Source: Chiloscyllium plagiosum | Taxonomy: Eukaryota | Direction of reading: 5' to 3' | NCBI RefSeq assembly: GCF_004010195.1 | Contig: NC_057720.1 | Span: forward strand, 17,900,609-17,964,499 | DNA: 63,891 nucleotides | Part shown: piece after piece, positions 48,715 to 62,952 of the stretch | Position numbering within the stretch: the first letter of the stretch is position 1 | Layout: each line of letters starts with the position of its first letter | Translations under genes and position numbers: made by a program | Notes under the pieces: model-generated | What the model was told of the DNA's origin: nothing | Seen by the model: the letters and a program-made list of their open reading frames with translations, nothing else | Database searches by the model: none

Positions 48715-51365
48715 TAACTCCTTTCTCTAGGAGAAACTATTTCATACATTTAACTTCAGACAGGAGTTTTGTGAACTAAAAACTAAAACCCATCCAAGCT
48801 TTGCAACTTTTCCCTATGGAAAAGAAAATTCTTATCATTTTTCAACAAAACCCAAACTAATGATCTTCAATATTTACTCTGTCCTCTTGTAAAACTCTTC
48901 AAATACAAACAAATTCTCATTATGACCCCAGGGATGACTACTTCTCATACTGATTTTAAAAAAGGCTCCAGAAATATTGATATATCAATTAATTAAAACT
49001 CATACACACTGACCAAAAATCCACATGCCACTAGTTCAAAATTCAAACTTTAAAATCAATAATATCTATGTATCTGTTCATCATTAAACAAAAGAAAATT
49101 GTCATCCCAGTCTAGTGAAAGTTCAATACACTCTGTCTATGGTAAATATATATTTGTTTTGGTAAGGAGACCAGAATTGCATACAATAATCCAGGGATGG
49201 CATTATTAAAACCTTGTGTAACTGCAGTAAGACTTCCTTGCTTTTCTACTTAAAACCCCCTGCAATGAAAGCCAAAGTACCATTTGCACTTCCAAATGCT
49301 TGCTACAAATTAGATGTTTTAAAAACAGATGTGAAATCAAACCTAGCTGTCTTGTCCTTTGTATGAAAAATTTAGAACAGTGAAGACAGTATGTTTCTTG
49401 GTGCCTTTCAGCAGATCTTGTGGTTCAGAAAGGAGTATCCCTTCCACTGAGCCAGAAGCTCCAGGTTCAAGTCCCACTTCAGGACTTGTTGGCCATGGAA
49501 TAAGTATTGATGAACTCATTCAAATGGGTCGATAATCTCCTTGTGAATTCTTCCAGTCCTCTGTCACTAAAAGACCCATCTACTTGATGACACCATCTAT
49601 TGCATAGATTATGTCTAAAGTTCTCACTAATTTGATTTTAATGCTTAGTACAATTAATGCAGTTAATCCCTTGCTAAATTTCCTGTAACTATATTCCAAT
49701 AATTATTCTTGTCAAAAGTGAGTGCTTATGTGAAAATGTTTAGACTAAGATGTTGAATGCTTGACTGAATGAGATAGATGCAACAACTTGCAAATGCCTA
49801 TTTTTAAAAGGTTTGTAGAAATCTTCATTCCAGTCTGATGTGTGAAAGTTGATGAAAGTACATGAGATGAAGCTATTCCCTTCTCAGCGTGTGTTCAATG
49901 TTATATCATGCAGCTGCTTACACCACAAAGGCTTACAATTTGTGCTCACTGACCTTTCTGCACTAAAAGTAAATGCAGCTAAATCATCTCAAACTCACTG
50001 TGCGCTCCTAATAAATAGAAATACAAATTCAGTAAAAAAATAGTTACATCTTCTGATTCCAGCAATCTATTTAAATCTGCGTCCTTGTGGTTTGTGACAT
50101 CAATTGTGCAAATGCCTTGGACTCACTTTTAGCTGTCTATTGTTAAACCTTCAGTAAAACACTTGTCACGTTTTATTCACATAAATTGTAGATTTTGCAA
50201 AATTGTTGGTTACAGCCTGGGCTAGCACACTGATTTCTGAAATGCTGATTCAGTTTTGAAATGTGAAAGCTGTAGTTTTAAAACAATGGCATTCAACTTT
50301 GCTGTCTTTGAAGATGCTACCACTGTACTAGATTAATTTCATGAAGCAAACTCGGTGGGAGGCTGAGGAGGGTGCAGAGATGTTGCAGTGTGATTTGGAC
50401 AAGTAGAGTGAATGTGCATATGCATAGCAGTTAAAAAATAATGCAGATAAGTGTGAGGCATTTTGGTAGCAAAACCAGGCAGACAGATTATTATCTGAAT
50501 TATGATAAATTGGGAAAGGTCAAGCTATAACGAGACCTGTGTGTCCTTGTACACCAGTCACTTAAAGTAAACATGCAGGTGCAGCAAATGGTATGTTGGC
50601 CTCTTAGCAAACCAGCTGCCCAGCCAACTGAGCTAACCAGTGATGATCAGTCATGATTATATTGAATGGTGGAGCAGGCTTGAAGAGCCAAATGATCTAC
50701 TCCTGCTCCTATTTTCTATGTTTCTCTGCTTCCTTCTTCATGGGTCACCACCTGATGTTATGTAACAAAGTTCAAATGATGGCATTGGCAGTACCTTTTA
50801 CCTGGTTGGGTCACTCACAGCAACAAGGTCAGAGGGAGCTGTCTGACAAATTGTAGTCCAATGCCCTCAATGGCAGAAAAGATGAGACCTTGCATCTCGT
50901 TGGCTGCAGCAGTAAATGTGGTCCTAGTCATCATTGTTTAACAACGCATTAAGATCTGATGACCAACCTGTCAAGATCACGTAGGCAATCATGACAAGAT
51001 CTCCAAATTTAATGAAGTTGTGCCCAAACCTCTACCCATTGTACATATGCCAAGTCCTGTGGTGAAGGACGACTGGCATGGCAACAGTTGCTGTAAATAT
51101 GGGAATCTCTAGTCAAGAAACTGCACACTGGCGATGCCTATCCATAAAATATTCCACTTGCTCTTGGCTATGGATTCACATCTGGTGGGATCACAGCTTT
51201 GGGACCAAAGAAACAATTCTCTAAATTTTGCAACTTTAGAACACGCATGGAAAATCTCAAGAATAACCATCCAGCAAGAAAAACAAGCTTTCAAGACTCC
51301 CAATTGACTTTGCCACCCTCAGATATACTTGTGTTCTTGGAGAGGAGCAGCTGAAGGACAAGACT

Positions 51366-51672
51366 GGGGTAGCACAGTGGCCTAGTGGTCAACACAGCTG
51401 CCTCTCAGCATCAGGATCTGGGTTCAATTCCAGCCTCAGGCGACTTTCTGTGTGGAGTTTGCACATTCTGCATGGGTTTGCTCTGGTTTGTGTAGGTTAA
51501 GTGAATTAGCCATGCTAAATTGCCCATAGTGTTCAGGGATGTGTAGGTTAGGTGCATTAGTCAGGGGTAAATGTAGAATATTAGGGGAATGGGTCTGGGT
51601 GGGATACTCTTCGGATGGTCTGTGTGGCCTAGCTGGGCCAAAGGACCTGTTTCCGCACTGTAGGGATTCTAG
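51366..51672 (+). mobile_element. older HE1-type SINE
   Basis: Diverged match to other copies. Confidence 0.85.
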
Positions 51673-51979
51673 AAAGAAACATTTTCTGTTGGAACGGAAA
51701 CACTGATGAAATCCTCAAATCTCCTGAATTGATTTTACCATCCAGAATTGAATCTTGGATGCATTGCCAAAACTTCAGTTATTGTATAAAGGAAAGGCTC
51801 AGGAACATTCACTTAGAGATTAGACTCAAAGTCGCCATCTTGTCATTTCACCATCAACACTTCTACCTTGAACCTTGACCCTGATGAGGATGTGGAGGAA
51901 ATGTTCTGTTCTGACAGAAGTCTTTAGTGCCATCGCAAAGGAAGAAATTATCATTTTGAGGTGGTTGACGAAGTCAGCC

Positions 51980-53590
51980 TAACTCAAAACATTGGCAGTA
52001 TCTGGATTTATCATTGTTCTAGTCAAAACTCTATAATAAATGATATCTACACTACTTGATCTATACAGGTTATTGAGGTCTGCTGGTCAGGGCATTAATT
52101 TGTTTTATCAGTGATGAGCATTCACCCAGTTCCAAAACATCAGAACGCTCAAAGATTCAAGAAGAAGAAAAACATTCTCGGCCTTACAACAGCCTGACTG
52201 GAGAAGGCTTTTCCAAGACCAACTCACAACTAATCTGGAAAATCTTCACACATTCAACTCAATTCCAGAATAATACACTTAAATAACATCAGCTGAATGA
52301 GACCCCTGGATCCAGATCATCAGGACAGGTTGTCACCAGGACGGACTTGACAAAATTGCTGCTGAAATATATGATCTCCTGGAACAAAAACAAACAACTG
52401 TTATTGTCGTCTGGCAAGTGAACCCAACATCACAATTCAAGAAGGCAGCAGTTCAATAGCTCAGGGATAACGCCCAAAGAAATGATGAGAAGAAAAAGTC
52501 CAAGAGATCCAACCATAAGCTTATCATCAAGAGTTACAAAATAAATTGAAGTCACTGGTTCCATCCATAGCTCAAGATCAAATTGACAAAATTCTCTTCA
52601 TTCACAGGATGGTATTTCTTTTCTTAAGGCTGAAAATACTGGAAATAAGATTTGGCCAACTCTGCCATGTGATATATCATGCTCTGTATGTCAGCATGCC
52701 TTTAAGAGACATGTTCATGTTATCATCACTGTATCATAGATTAGGACCTGAGGGTATACAGATCTCATACTCCATCTTACCTCAGATCACTTGAAGGATA
52801 ACTCTGTACTGGAAGCATTCACCTCTGTTGCTGCCTAGCTTAATATTGATCCAGGCATACAAGCGCCAAAAATATTTGTACAGAATAGTTAGTTGTAATA
52901 AATGTCTGTTGGGATATTTAATAGCATGATATCCTTGGCCAGTCCCTCAGTTTATGGGACATAAAATAGGTATTGCTACAATAGGTAAAACACCCTGTTG
53001 AAGACAAACTCTCACTGAACTCTTCAACCTTGAATCTACCATCACAGCTTATACTTTCCCGGCTATCTGCCAAGGCCTTCTAATGGAATTCTTGGGTGAA
53101 CCACTACCAATAGCAGAACTGCAAGAAGTAATCAAACAGATGAGAAACAACAAAATTTCATCCTTTGTGACAGTTTAACTGAGGGCTTCAAAGCTGATGG
53201 ACATTTGTTCACATTAGGATACTTTATACTCATCCTATAAAGTTTGTTATATAAATAACTCCCCAGCAATGCCCACCTCAATTCTGCTGACTTCAGAATA
53301 CGACAATTGTAACTTTGCCCTAGAAGAGAGATAAATCATGCTGTAAAAACTATCAAGTATTCCTTTATTGTTCAGAGCAGGGAAATCTTTGCCATCTCCT
53401 GAATCATATACGTGGTTGATGAAATTCCCTCAGATTCCCAATGTGGCTTTAGACTTTCTAAAGGACCTTCCAACACATTTTTGTTTCCAGTCAAACCCAA
53501 GAAAAATGTCTAGAGCAACAATGTTTTTGAATTCTTCTGTTTAACAAAAGGAATTGACTCAATCATGAGGCTCAGTGAATTGTGCTTCAA
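51980..53590 (+). mobile_element. ancient RTE-clade LINE fragment
   Basis: SKHWQYLDFII (EN C-terminus) and DSQCGFR...QEKCLEQ (RT) remnants typical of RTE. Confidence 0.6.
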
Positions 53591-53599
53591 GCATTTCAA

Positions 53600-55764
53600 G
53601 GAGTCAGAAATGTACAGCACGGAAACAGACCCTTCGATCCAACTCGTCCATGTCGACCAGATACCCCAACCCAATTTAGTCCCACCTGCCAGCACCTGGC
53701 CCATTTCCCTCCAAACCCTTCCTATTCATATACCCATCCAGATGCCTTTTCAATGTTGTAATTGTACCAGCCTCCACCACTTCCTCTGGCAGCTCATTCC
53801 ATACTCGTACCACCCTCTGAGTGAAAAGATTGCCCCTAAGGTCTCTTTTATATCTTTCCCCTCTCACCCTAAACCTATGCCCTCTAGTTCTGGATTCCCC
53901 GATCCCTGGGAAAAGACTTTGTCTATTTATCCTATCCATGCCCCTCATGATTTTATAACCTCTATAAGATCATCCCTCAGTCTCTGACACTCCAGGGAAA
54001 ACAGCCCCAGCCTATTCAACCTTTCTGTATAGCTCAAATCCTCCAACCCTGGCAACATCCTCGTAAATCTTTTCTGAATCCTTTCAAGTTTCACAACATC
54101 TTTCCAATAGGAAGGAGACCAGAATTGCATGCAATATTCCAACAGTGGCCAAACCAATGCCCTGTATAGCTGCAACATGACCTCCCAACTCCTATACTCA
54201 ATACTCTGACCAATAAAGGAAAGCATACCAAATGCTTTCTTCACTATCCTATCTACCTGCAACTCCAATTTAAAGGATATGAACCTGCACTCCAAAGTCT
54301 CTTTGTTCAGCAACACTCCTTGGGACTTACCATTAAGTGTATAAGTCCTGCTAAGATTTGCTTTCCCAAAATGCAGCACCTCACATTTATCTAAATTTTA
54401 ACTCCATCTGTACTTCTCAGCCCATTGGCCCACCTGATCAAGATCCCATTGTAATCGGAGGTAACCTTCTTCGCTGTCCACTACACCTCCAATTTTGGTG
54501 TCATCTGCAAATTTACTAACTATACCTCTTATGCTCACATCCAAATCATTGAAATAAATGATCAAAAGTAGTGGACCCAGCACCGATCCTTGTGGCACTC
54601 CACCAGTCACAGTCCTCCAGTCTGAAAAACAACCCTCCACCAGCACTTTCTGTCTTCTACCTTTGAGCCAGTTCTGTATCCAAATGGCAAGTTCTCCCTG
54701 TATTCCATGAGATCTAACCTTCCTCACCAGTCTCCGATGGGGAACCTTGTCGAATGCCTTACTGAAGTTCATATAGATCATGTCTTCCGGCACCTCATCT
54801 ATGACTATCAATGATACAAATATCTCAGTAAGAGGCCCAGCAATTATTTCCCTACCTTCCACAGAGTTCTAGGGTACACCTGATCAAGTCCTGAGGATTT
54901 ATCCACTTTTATGCATTTCAAGACATCTAGCACTTCCTCCTCTGTAATATGGACATTTTGCAAGATGTCACCATCTATTTCCCTCCATTCTATATCTTCC
55001 ATATCCTTTTGCACAGTAAATACTGATGCAAAATACTCATTTAGTATCTGCCCCATCTCCTGCAGCTCCATACAAAGGCTGCCTTGTTGATCTTTGAGGG
55101 GCCTGGTTATCCTTTTGTCCTTAATGTATTTGTAAAAGTCCTTTGGATTCTCCTTAGCTCCATTTGCCAAAGCCATCCAATGTCCCCTTTTTGCCCTCCT
55201 GATTTCTCTCTTAATTATACTCCTACTGCCTTTATACACTTCTAAGGATTCACTCAATCTATCCTGTCTATACCTGACATATGCTTCCTTCTTTTTCTTA
55301 ACCAAACCCTCAATTTCTTTGGTCATCCAGCTTTCCCTATACCTACCAGCCTTTCCTTTCATCCTAACAAGAATATACTTTCTCTGGGCTCTCGTTATCT
55401 CATTTCTGAAGGTTTCCCATTTTCTAGCCATCCCTTTAACTGTGAACGTCTGCACCCAATCAAGTTTTGAAAGTTCTTGCCTAATACCATCAAAATTGGC
55501 CTTTCTCCAATTTATAAATTCAACTTTTAGATCTGGTCTATACTTTTCCTTCACTATTTGAAAACTAATAGAATTATGGTCATTGGCCCCAAAGTGCTCC
55601 CCCACTGACACCTCAGTCACCTGCCCTGTATTATTTCACAGGAGTAGGTCAAGTTTTGCACCTTCTCTAGTGGATACATCCACATACTAAATCAGAAAAT
55701 GTTCTTGTACACACTTAAATTCCTCTCCATCGAAACCCTTAACACTATGGCAGTCTCAGTCTAT
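53600..55764 (-). mobile_element. CR1/HER1-type LINE, truncated and internally deleted
   Basis: ORFs 54844-55620, 54398-54862 (FADDTK), 53945-54379 and 53676-53948. Confidence 0.92.
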
Positions 55765-55767
55765 GCA

Positions 55768-56253
55768 AGGTTTGTGAAGGTTTGTAGCTCAGGTTGAGGT
55801 TTAGGGTGTAGGTTTGCTTGCTGAGCTGTAGGTTTGATATCCAGACACTTCATTACCTGGCTAGGTATCATCATCAGTGGCGATCTCCAAGTGAAGTGAA
55901 GCTGTTGTCTCCTGCTTTCTATTTATATCTTTCTCCTGGATGGGGTTCCTGGGGTTTGTGGTGATGTCATTTCCTGGGGTTGATAGATGGCATCTAGATC
56001 TATGTGTTTGTTTATGGCGTTGTGGTTGGAGTGCCAGGCCTCTAGGAATTCTCTGGCATGTCTTTGCTTAGCCTGTCCCAGGATAGATGTGTTGCCCCAG
56101 TCGAAATGGTGGTTTTTTTTCATCCGTGTGTCGGGCTACAAGGGAGAGAGGGTCGTGTCTTTTTGTGGCTAGTTGGTGTTCGTGTATCCTGGACAAACAG
56201 GAAGAAAGGTAGCCACCAGGATACACGAACACCAGCTAGCCACAAAAAGACAT
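55768..56253 (-). mobile_element. Penelope-like element, second family: 3' end with short inversion
   Basis: HHFDWGNTSILGQAKQRHAREFLEAWHS; decayed hammerhead at 55841-55880; 56158-56193 inverted at 56215-56253. Confidence 0.85.
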
Positions 56254-58316
56254 AATCTGCCCCATGTGCCCAAAGATCTGTAGTCACGCAAAGATTCATG
56301 GCCCAGAGTAGGCATCATCCCTGAATCCAGGTTCAGTTGTACTAGACTGCCTCAATTTATTTCTTTATAGATAATACAGGAATTTATTGTCAAGCAGCAA
56401 AAATAAAGGAAATAAATTACACCAAACATTAAATTATCAAGAAAGAAAATGCTTCATGTACATGTTATTCAAACAAAGAATTAGCAGGTTTACCCAAAGT
56501 TCTTTACCAGCAATAGATTGCCTGCAAATGAGGTTATTGTTATTACATTAGGCAAAGGTGTAAGGCAATTTGCAGACAGCAAGATCCAACAAGCAACAAG
56601 TATATAAACAACTAAATAACTAATTTTTGTTGTGAAAGGTCAAAGGAGGACTGTCAAACAACTTTGTGTGAAGTGATTCATTTAGGAGGAAGGATGCAGA
56701 GGGAGAACATAAAATAAAATTCAATTCTAAAGAGGGTACAGGGCCAGACAGATTCAGTTAGACATGTACATGGGTTATTGAAGTAGCAGCACAGAAAGGG
56801 TTTAACAAACTACTGAGCATGTTGGACGTTTTCATAGTGGTGTAGAATAAAAAAAGAAAGGAGACTAGTTCATGAACTTGCAAATTAGGAACAGAAATTG
56901 GCCCTTCAAGCCAGCTCCACTATTCAATGAGATTATTGTGTGTTCCTACATGGACCATATGGGAACACACAACTTATATGGATCATAAATTGGCACCTCG
57001 GCATTGACACTCAATGGTGCCATGTTTATTCCACAGGCACCTGGGCCTGCAATGACACAACAGTAAGTATGCACTTCGTGGGAACTGCAAATGACACACA
57101 TTAGTTTGCAAAAGGTAAAACATATTCATCCAGGCATCTGCCCAAAACAGGTCCTTGCTGTTAAGGTGCACTGCCATTTGTCTGTACTGTGTACAGTTTT
57201 AGTCCCCTTATTTGAGGAAGGATGTAATTACATTGGAGACAGTTCAGAGAAGTAAAGGAAGTTAGGGAGGAAATTGCGAGACACCTTGCAGAAATATTTG
57301 CATTATCTATAACTACGGGTGAGGTACCTGTTGACTGGAAGGTGGCTAATGTTGTACCTTTGTTTGGAGAAACTGGGGAACTATCGACCTGTGAGTCTGA
57401 CCTTGGTTGTGGGTAAATTGTTGGAGGTGATTATAAAAAAAAGTATATATGAACATTTGAAGAGGCAAAACTTGATTAGGGATAGTCAGCATGGTTTTGT
57501 GCAAGGAAATGTGATTGAGTTTTTTTTGAGGAAGTTACCAAAAACGTTGATGATGGCTGGTTACTAGACGTTGTTTATTTGGATTTTAGTAAAACCTTCT
57601 ACATTGTAGACTAATTAGTAAAGTTAGTTACATGGGATTCGGGATGAGTTTGCCAATTGGATACATAATTGACTTAATGGCGGGAGGCAGAGAGTGGTGG
57701 TGGAGGGTTGTTTGTCAGACTGGAAGCCTGTCACCAGCAGTGTTCCACCAGGGATCGGTTCTGGGCCTTCTTTTATTTGTCATTTATATAAATGATTTGG
57801 ATGATAATATAGAAGGCATGGTTAATAAGTTTGTGGATAACATCAAAATTTGTGGTTCACTGGATAGTGAAAAATGTTGTCTAAGATTGCAAAAGGACCT
57901 TGGTCAAATGGATCAATTAGCTGAAAAATGGCAGATGAAGTTCAATCTGGATAAATGTGAGGTATTGCATTTTGGTACAACAAACAAGGACAGGGCTTAT
58001 ATAATTAAAGGCAGGGCCTTTGGTAGTGTTGTAGAATAGAAGGAACAAGGGGTGCAGGAGCATAATTATTTAAAGTTTGTGTCACATATAGACAGGATGT
58101 TTAGAAATTTGGCATGCTCGCCTTCCTTGCTCAGTCCTTTGAGCATAGGGGTTGGGATGTTTTGTAGAGGTTGTACAGGACATAGGTGAGGCCTCTTCTG
58201 GAATCCCGTGTCCAGTTCTGGGAGTTGCCCAGTTATAGGAAGGAAAATATCAAGCTGGAGAGGGTTCTGAAGAGATTTACCAGGATGCTGCTGGTTATGG
58301 AAGGTTTGAGTTGAAT

Positions 58317-58620
58317 GATTAGAATCCCTACAGTGTGGGAACAGGCCATTTGGCCCAACAAGTCCACACCAGACCTTCGAAGAGTAACCCACCCAGACCC
58401 ATTTCCCTCTGACTAATGCACCTAACACTTTGGGCAATTTAGCATGGCCAATTCACCTGATCTGCACATCTTTGGACTATGGGAGGAAACCAGAGCACCC
58501 AGAGGAAACCTGCGCAGACATGGGGAGGATGTGCAAACTCCACACAGACACTTGCCCAAGGCAGGAATCGAACCCGGGTCACTGTGAGGCAGCAGTGCTA
58601 ACCACTGAGCCACCATGCCC
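58317..58620 (-). mobile_element. HE1-type SINE
   Basis: Matches other copies. Confidence 0.9.
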
Positions 58621-58888
58621 TGGGACCTTTTTACTGGAGCGTAGGAGGGTGAGAGGTGCCCTGATAGGAGTTTATAAAATAATGAGAGGTATAGATGGCA
58701 GTTGTCTTTTCTCAAAGATGGGGAATCTCAAGACTAGAGGGCACATTTTTAAAATGAGAGGAAACAAATTTTAAAAAGATATGAGGCCAATTTTTAATAT
58801 TGAGGATGGTTCACAACCGGAATGAACTTCCTGAGGAAGTAATGGATGTGGGTCCAATTATAATATTTAAAAGACCTTTGGATGAATA

Positions 58889-59089
58889 CAGTAGTCCCAC
58901 CGTACCTGCGGGGTTACATTCCAGGACTACTGCAGATAAGAACAAATCTGTTCATTTCAATGGGACATTTACCTTCCCACCGCCCCTGTTCCCTGGTTCT
59001 GGAAGGTTCTCTATAACATGTTCCGGCCGCGGTAAGCCATAGGTAACTGAAACCGCGGAAATCAATTCCACAGAAATGGGGTTGCCCTG
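58889..59089. mobile_element. Tigger-like MITE (~200 bp)
   Basis: TA duplication (58887-88 / 59090-91); CAG...CTG ends, cagtagtcccaccgtacctgcgg left end; CR1 tail rejoins when it is removed. Confidence 0.75.
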
Positions 59090-61169
59090 TACATGAATAC
59101 GAAAGGTTTGGAGGGATATGGGCCAGGAGCAAGCCAGTGAGGCTGGTTTAGTTTGGGATTATGTTCAGCATGGACTGGTTGGACTGAATGGTGTATGAGT
59201 CGATGACTCTATGACTAAGATTCACTAGATTAATTCCGGAGATGAGAGGCTCGTCTTATGAGGAGAGATTGAGCAATACACTCCTTAGAGTTTAAAGGGA
59301 TGAGAGGAGATCTAGTTGCTAAAAGGATTGACAAAGTAAAGTTGGAGTGATGTTTTCCCTTGTGAATGAGAGTTCATAGTTTTAGGCTAAGGAGTGACAG
59401 ATTTAAAACAGATGAGGCAGAATAATTTCTCTCAAAGGGTTGTGCATCTGTGGATTCACTGCCCCAGAGAATGATGAATACTGGGACACTGAATAAATTG
59501 AGGAGATAGAGAGATTTTTAATTAGTTATCAGTTACAGTGTTGTGGAGAGTGGGCAGGCCAAGATGAGATCAGCCATTATCATATTAAGTGGAGCAGGCT
59601 TGAGGGGCTGAATTACCCTACTCCTACCCCTAGTCATATCATCTTATGTTCCTGAAAACCCAGTCAGCTTTGAAGGGCACTGTTTGGCAGAATTGCAAAA
59701 TTACTGCAGAGATTGTGACCTAACAAAAATTCAAACTGTAATCTACAGCATTTATTCACAGTGTTATCAGGAACAACAGGCAACTCACTTAAAGGAAGTG
59801 GTGAGCACCACTTCACAATCATTCACTATCTCTTTCCCCAAGATAAACAAAAGTCAGAAAGCAGGGAGACATTGAGGGCAGCCACGGTGCAATGCTGTTT
59901 GCAACATGAGTTATGCTGAAAGTATTATTCTTCCCTTGTCCTTCTTATAAGAGGGGTGGTGGTATTAATATCACTGGCCTGGTAACCCAGAACCACAAAT
60001 TAATGTTCTGGGCACTTAGGCTTAAATCTCACTATGGTAGATAATGAAATTTGAATTCAATTTAAAAAACAGAAGTAGTCTACTAGTGACCATTGTTGAT
60101 TGTTGCAAAATTCCATTTGGTTCATTAATGCCCTTTAGGGAAGGAAATCTGTCATTGTTACTTTGTCAATTCTACAGTAATGCTGTTGACTTGTAACTGT
60201 CCTCTGAAATTGCCTAGCAAGCCTCTGCATCTTATCAAAAAAAACATTAGACCAGCTGCACCTCAAGGCATCGAAATAGACACAAAAACGACAATGAAAG
60301 TTCAGCAGAGTCCTCCTTAGTAATATCTGGGGCCTACTGCCAAAGATGGAAGAGTAGTCTCACAGCCTAAACTAAATGTCGCATAATCATCCTCACAGAA
60401 ATATACCCAACACACCATCACCATTCCACCAGAGGTAGAATTACAGTGGTGGACAAGGAATTACCCTGGGAGTCCTCAACATTGACTCCAGATCCCATGA
60501 TGTTGTATGGCATCAGGTCAAACATGGACAAGGAAACCTCCTATTGGTTATTATAAGTCATCTCTCCTCCACTTCAGTTGATGAATCAATGCTCCTCCAT
60601 ACTGAACATCAATTGGAAGAAGCACTGAGTGGCAAAAGCACAGAATTTATTCTGGTGAACAATATTACAGTAAATTTCGTAAGATAGTTTAGTTTCCCAC
60701 AAGGTAAAAAGGAAGCCCATGAGCAGGAAAGAGAAGTAAAAAAGCTCAGATCTTTTCACTGTAATAAAGTAGGCCACATGAAGTCAGAGTCTTAGTGATT
60801 TAGAAAAAGTGCTGGGAAGACAGATGTGGGAAAACAGGGTAAGCCAGCGAGTTTTGTTGAATGGTAAAGGGGTTGTATTTTCTTGTACAAATGTGTTCCT
60901 CAGACTGGCAGGCTTTCAGAGAGAAAACAAATCCTAGTTTCCTGGGTGGGCACAGCTGTTTTATCAGACTACTAAATATTTTAAGATTTCTTTCTGCCTC
61001 ACACTCTACATGGAGGTGTTTGCAAATTCCTTTTCCTCCCTTGGTTTGGTTATCAAAGCTACTGCTTGAAGTTTTGCACAATGGCAGTTCTTGGCTAGGT
61101 TCCTTTATGCAACTCATAGCCTTCTCTTGCTTATAGTTTCTCTTTGGCCCTTTGAACCAGCTCCACAAT

Positions 61170-61554
61170 TTAGATTAGATTAGATTAGATTACTTACAGT
61201 GTGGAAACAGGCCCTTCGGCCCAACAAGTCCACACCGACCCGCCGAAGCGCAACCCACCCATACCCCTACATTTACCCCTTTAACCTAACACTATGGGCA
61301 ATTTAGCATGGCCAATTCACCTGACCCGCACATCTTTGGACTGTGGGAGGAAACCGGAGCACCCGGAGGAAACCCACGCAGACACGGGGAGAATGTGCAA
61401 ACTCCACACAGTCAGTCGCCTGAGTCGGGAATTGAACCCGGGTCTCTGGCGCTGTGAGGCAGCAGTGCTAACCACTGTGCCACCGTGCCGCCCACTACCA
61501 CCGTGCCGCCCACTGCCACCGTGCCGCCCACATGCCACCGTGCCGCCCACCGTG
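61170..61554 (-). mobile_element. young HE1-type SINE with reiterated 5' end
   Basis: CpGs intact; (ttaga)n tail; four tandem copies of ccaccgtgccgccca. Confidence 0.92.
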
Positions 61555-62952
61555 GCTGATCATCCAACTCAGTATCTTTTTCTTGCTTTCTCCCCATACC
61601 CCTTAGTCCTCAGCAAACTCTCTCTCTCTCTCTCTGCTTATTTTTGCTCCCAATGTGGATAACCATACATGTATGCGAATCATTCTGCACTTCCCATATA
61701 TTTACACACATTTAAATCACTGAAGTTTCTCTGCATCCTGCTCACAGTATACCCTCCCACCAAGCTTTGTGTTATCTGCAAAAATGGAGGTGTTACATTT
61801 AATTCCCTCCTCGAAATCATGCATAAATATTGTGAATTGTTTCCTGTCTACCAACCAGATCTCAATTCATTTCAGTACATGACCTCTGATCCCATGTGCT
61901 TTAATTTTGCGTGCTAATATCTTACGTGGGACTTTACTGTAAATCCACATAAATCACATCCACTGGCTTGTCTTTATCTACTTGTTACATCCTCAAATAA
62001 TTCCCACACATTTGTCAGGCATAATCTTCCCTTAAATCCATTGTCTGATCCGGTCACAATCTTCCACTTTGAAAATGCAAAATAGCTTGTTAATTTTGAG
62101 CAATCAAGAGTTTTGCAAAAAAGGTCAATTATGCCGAGCCCACTTAAAATTATTCCTCCCATCTACTATTTCTTTGGAAATGCAAGAATTATAGTCTCAT
62201 TTTCTGTTTGGTATTTCAAGAGTTTTTACATAGTCTGGGCAACTAATAGGACAGACTAAAATCTGAGGGCACAGCCTCAGTGAAGGGACGCCCCTTCAGA
62301 GCGGGGATGAGGAAGACATTCTTCAGCCAGTGGGTGATGCACCTGTGACACTCATTGCCACAGAAAACTGTGGAGGTCAAATCATTGAATGTTCACGATT
62401 GATAAAGGCATCAAGGGTTATGGGGAGAAGGCAGGAGAATGGCACTGAGAAACATATCAGCCACGATAGAATGCTGGAGCAAATTCTGGGCTGAATGACC
62501 TAATTTTGATCCTATATCTTATGGACTTGTGTATCAGTAATCCACTTGGATCTTGTAGCTATGCAGTGACAAACATTTTTTTCAGTCTGTTCTCATCGGT
62601 TGGAATAATAATACGCACTTTTCTTTAAACAAAGTCTTTGATCTCACAACTCTTTTATTGAAGACTAGCAGCTAACCAAACTAACTGGAATGAATGGAGA
62701 TGTACTTTTCAGGCAAAGTAACCTTGTCTCCTGAAGTTGTCATAGTCATGGAAACAGACCCTCAGTCCAACTCTGATATGCTAACTAATTTTCCCCAATT
62801 GAACTAGTTCCATATGCCTGCACTTGGCCCATATCTCTCTAAGCCTTTCCTATTCATGTACCTATCCAAATGTCTTTAAAATGTTGTAATTATACCTGCA
62901 TCTACCACATTCTTTGGCGGTTCATTCCACTTACAAACCACCCTCTGTGGAA

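Larger units (their letters stand above)
57250..59215 (+). mobile_element. CR1 LINE RT/3' region interrupted by HE1 and a MITE
   Basis: NYRPVSLT, QHGF, QGSVLG, FVDN remnants. Confidence 0.85.

Noticed and set aside
60690..61168. Degenerate zinc knuckle (SFHCNKVGHMKSES) and a 122-aa minus ORF
   Set aside because: Probably Gypsy gag debris, but too decayed to delimit or call
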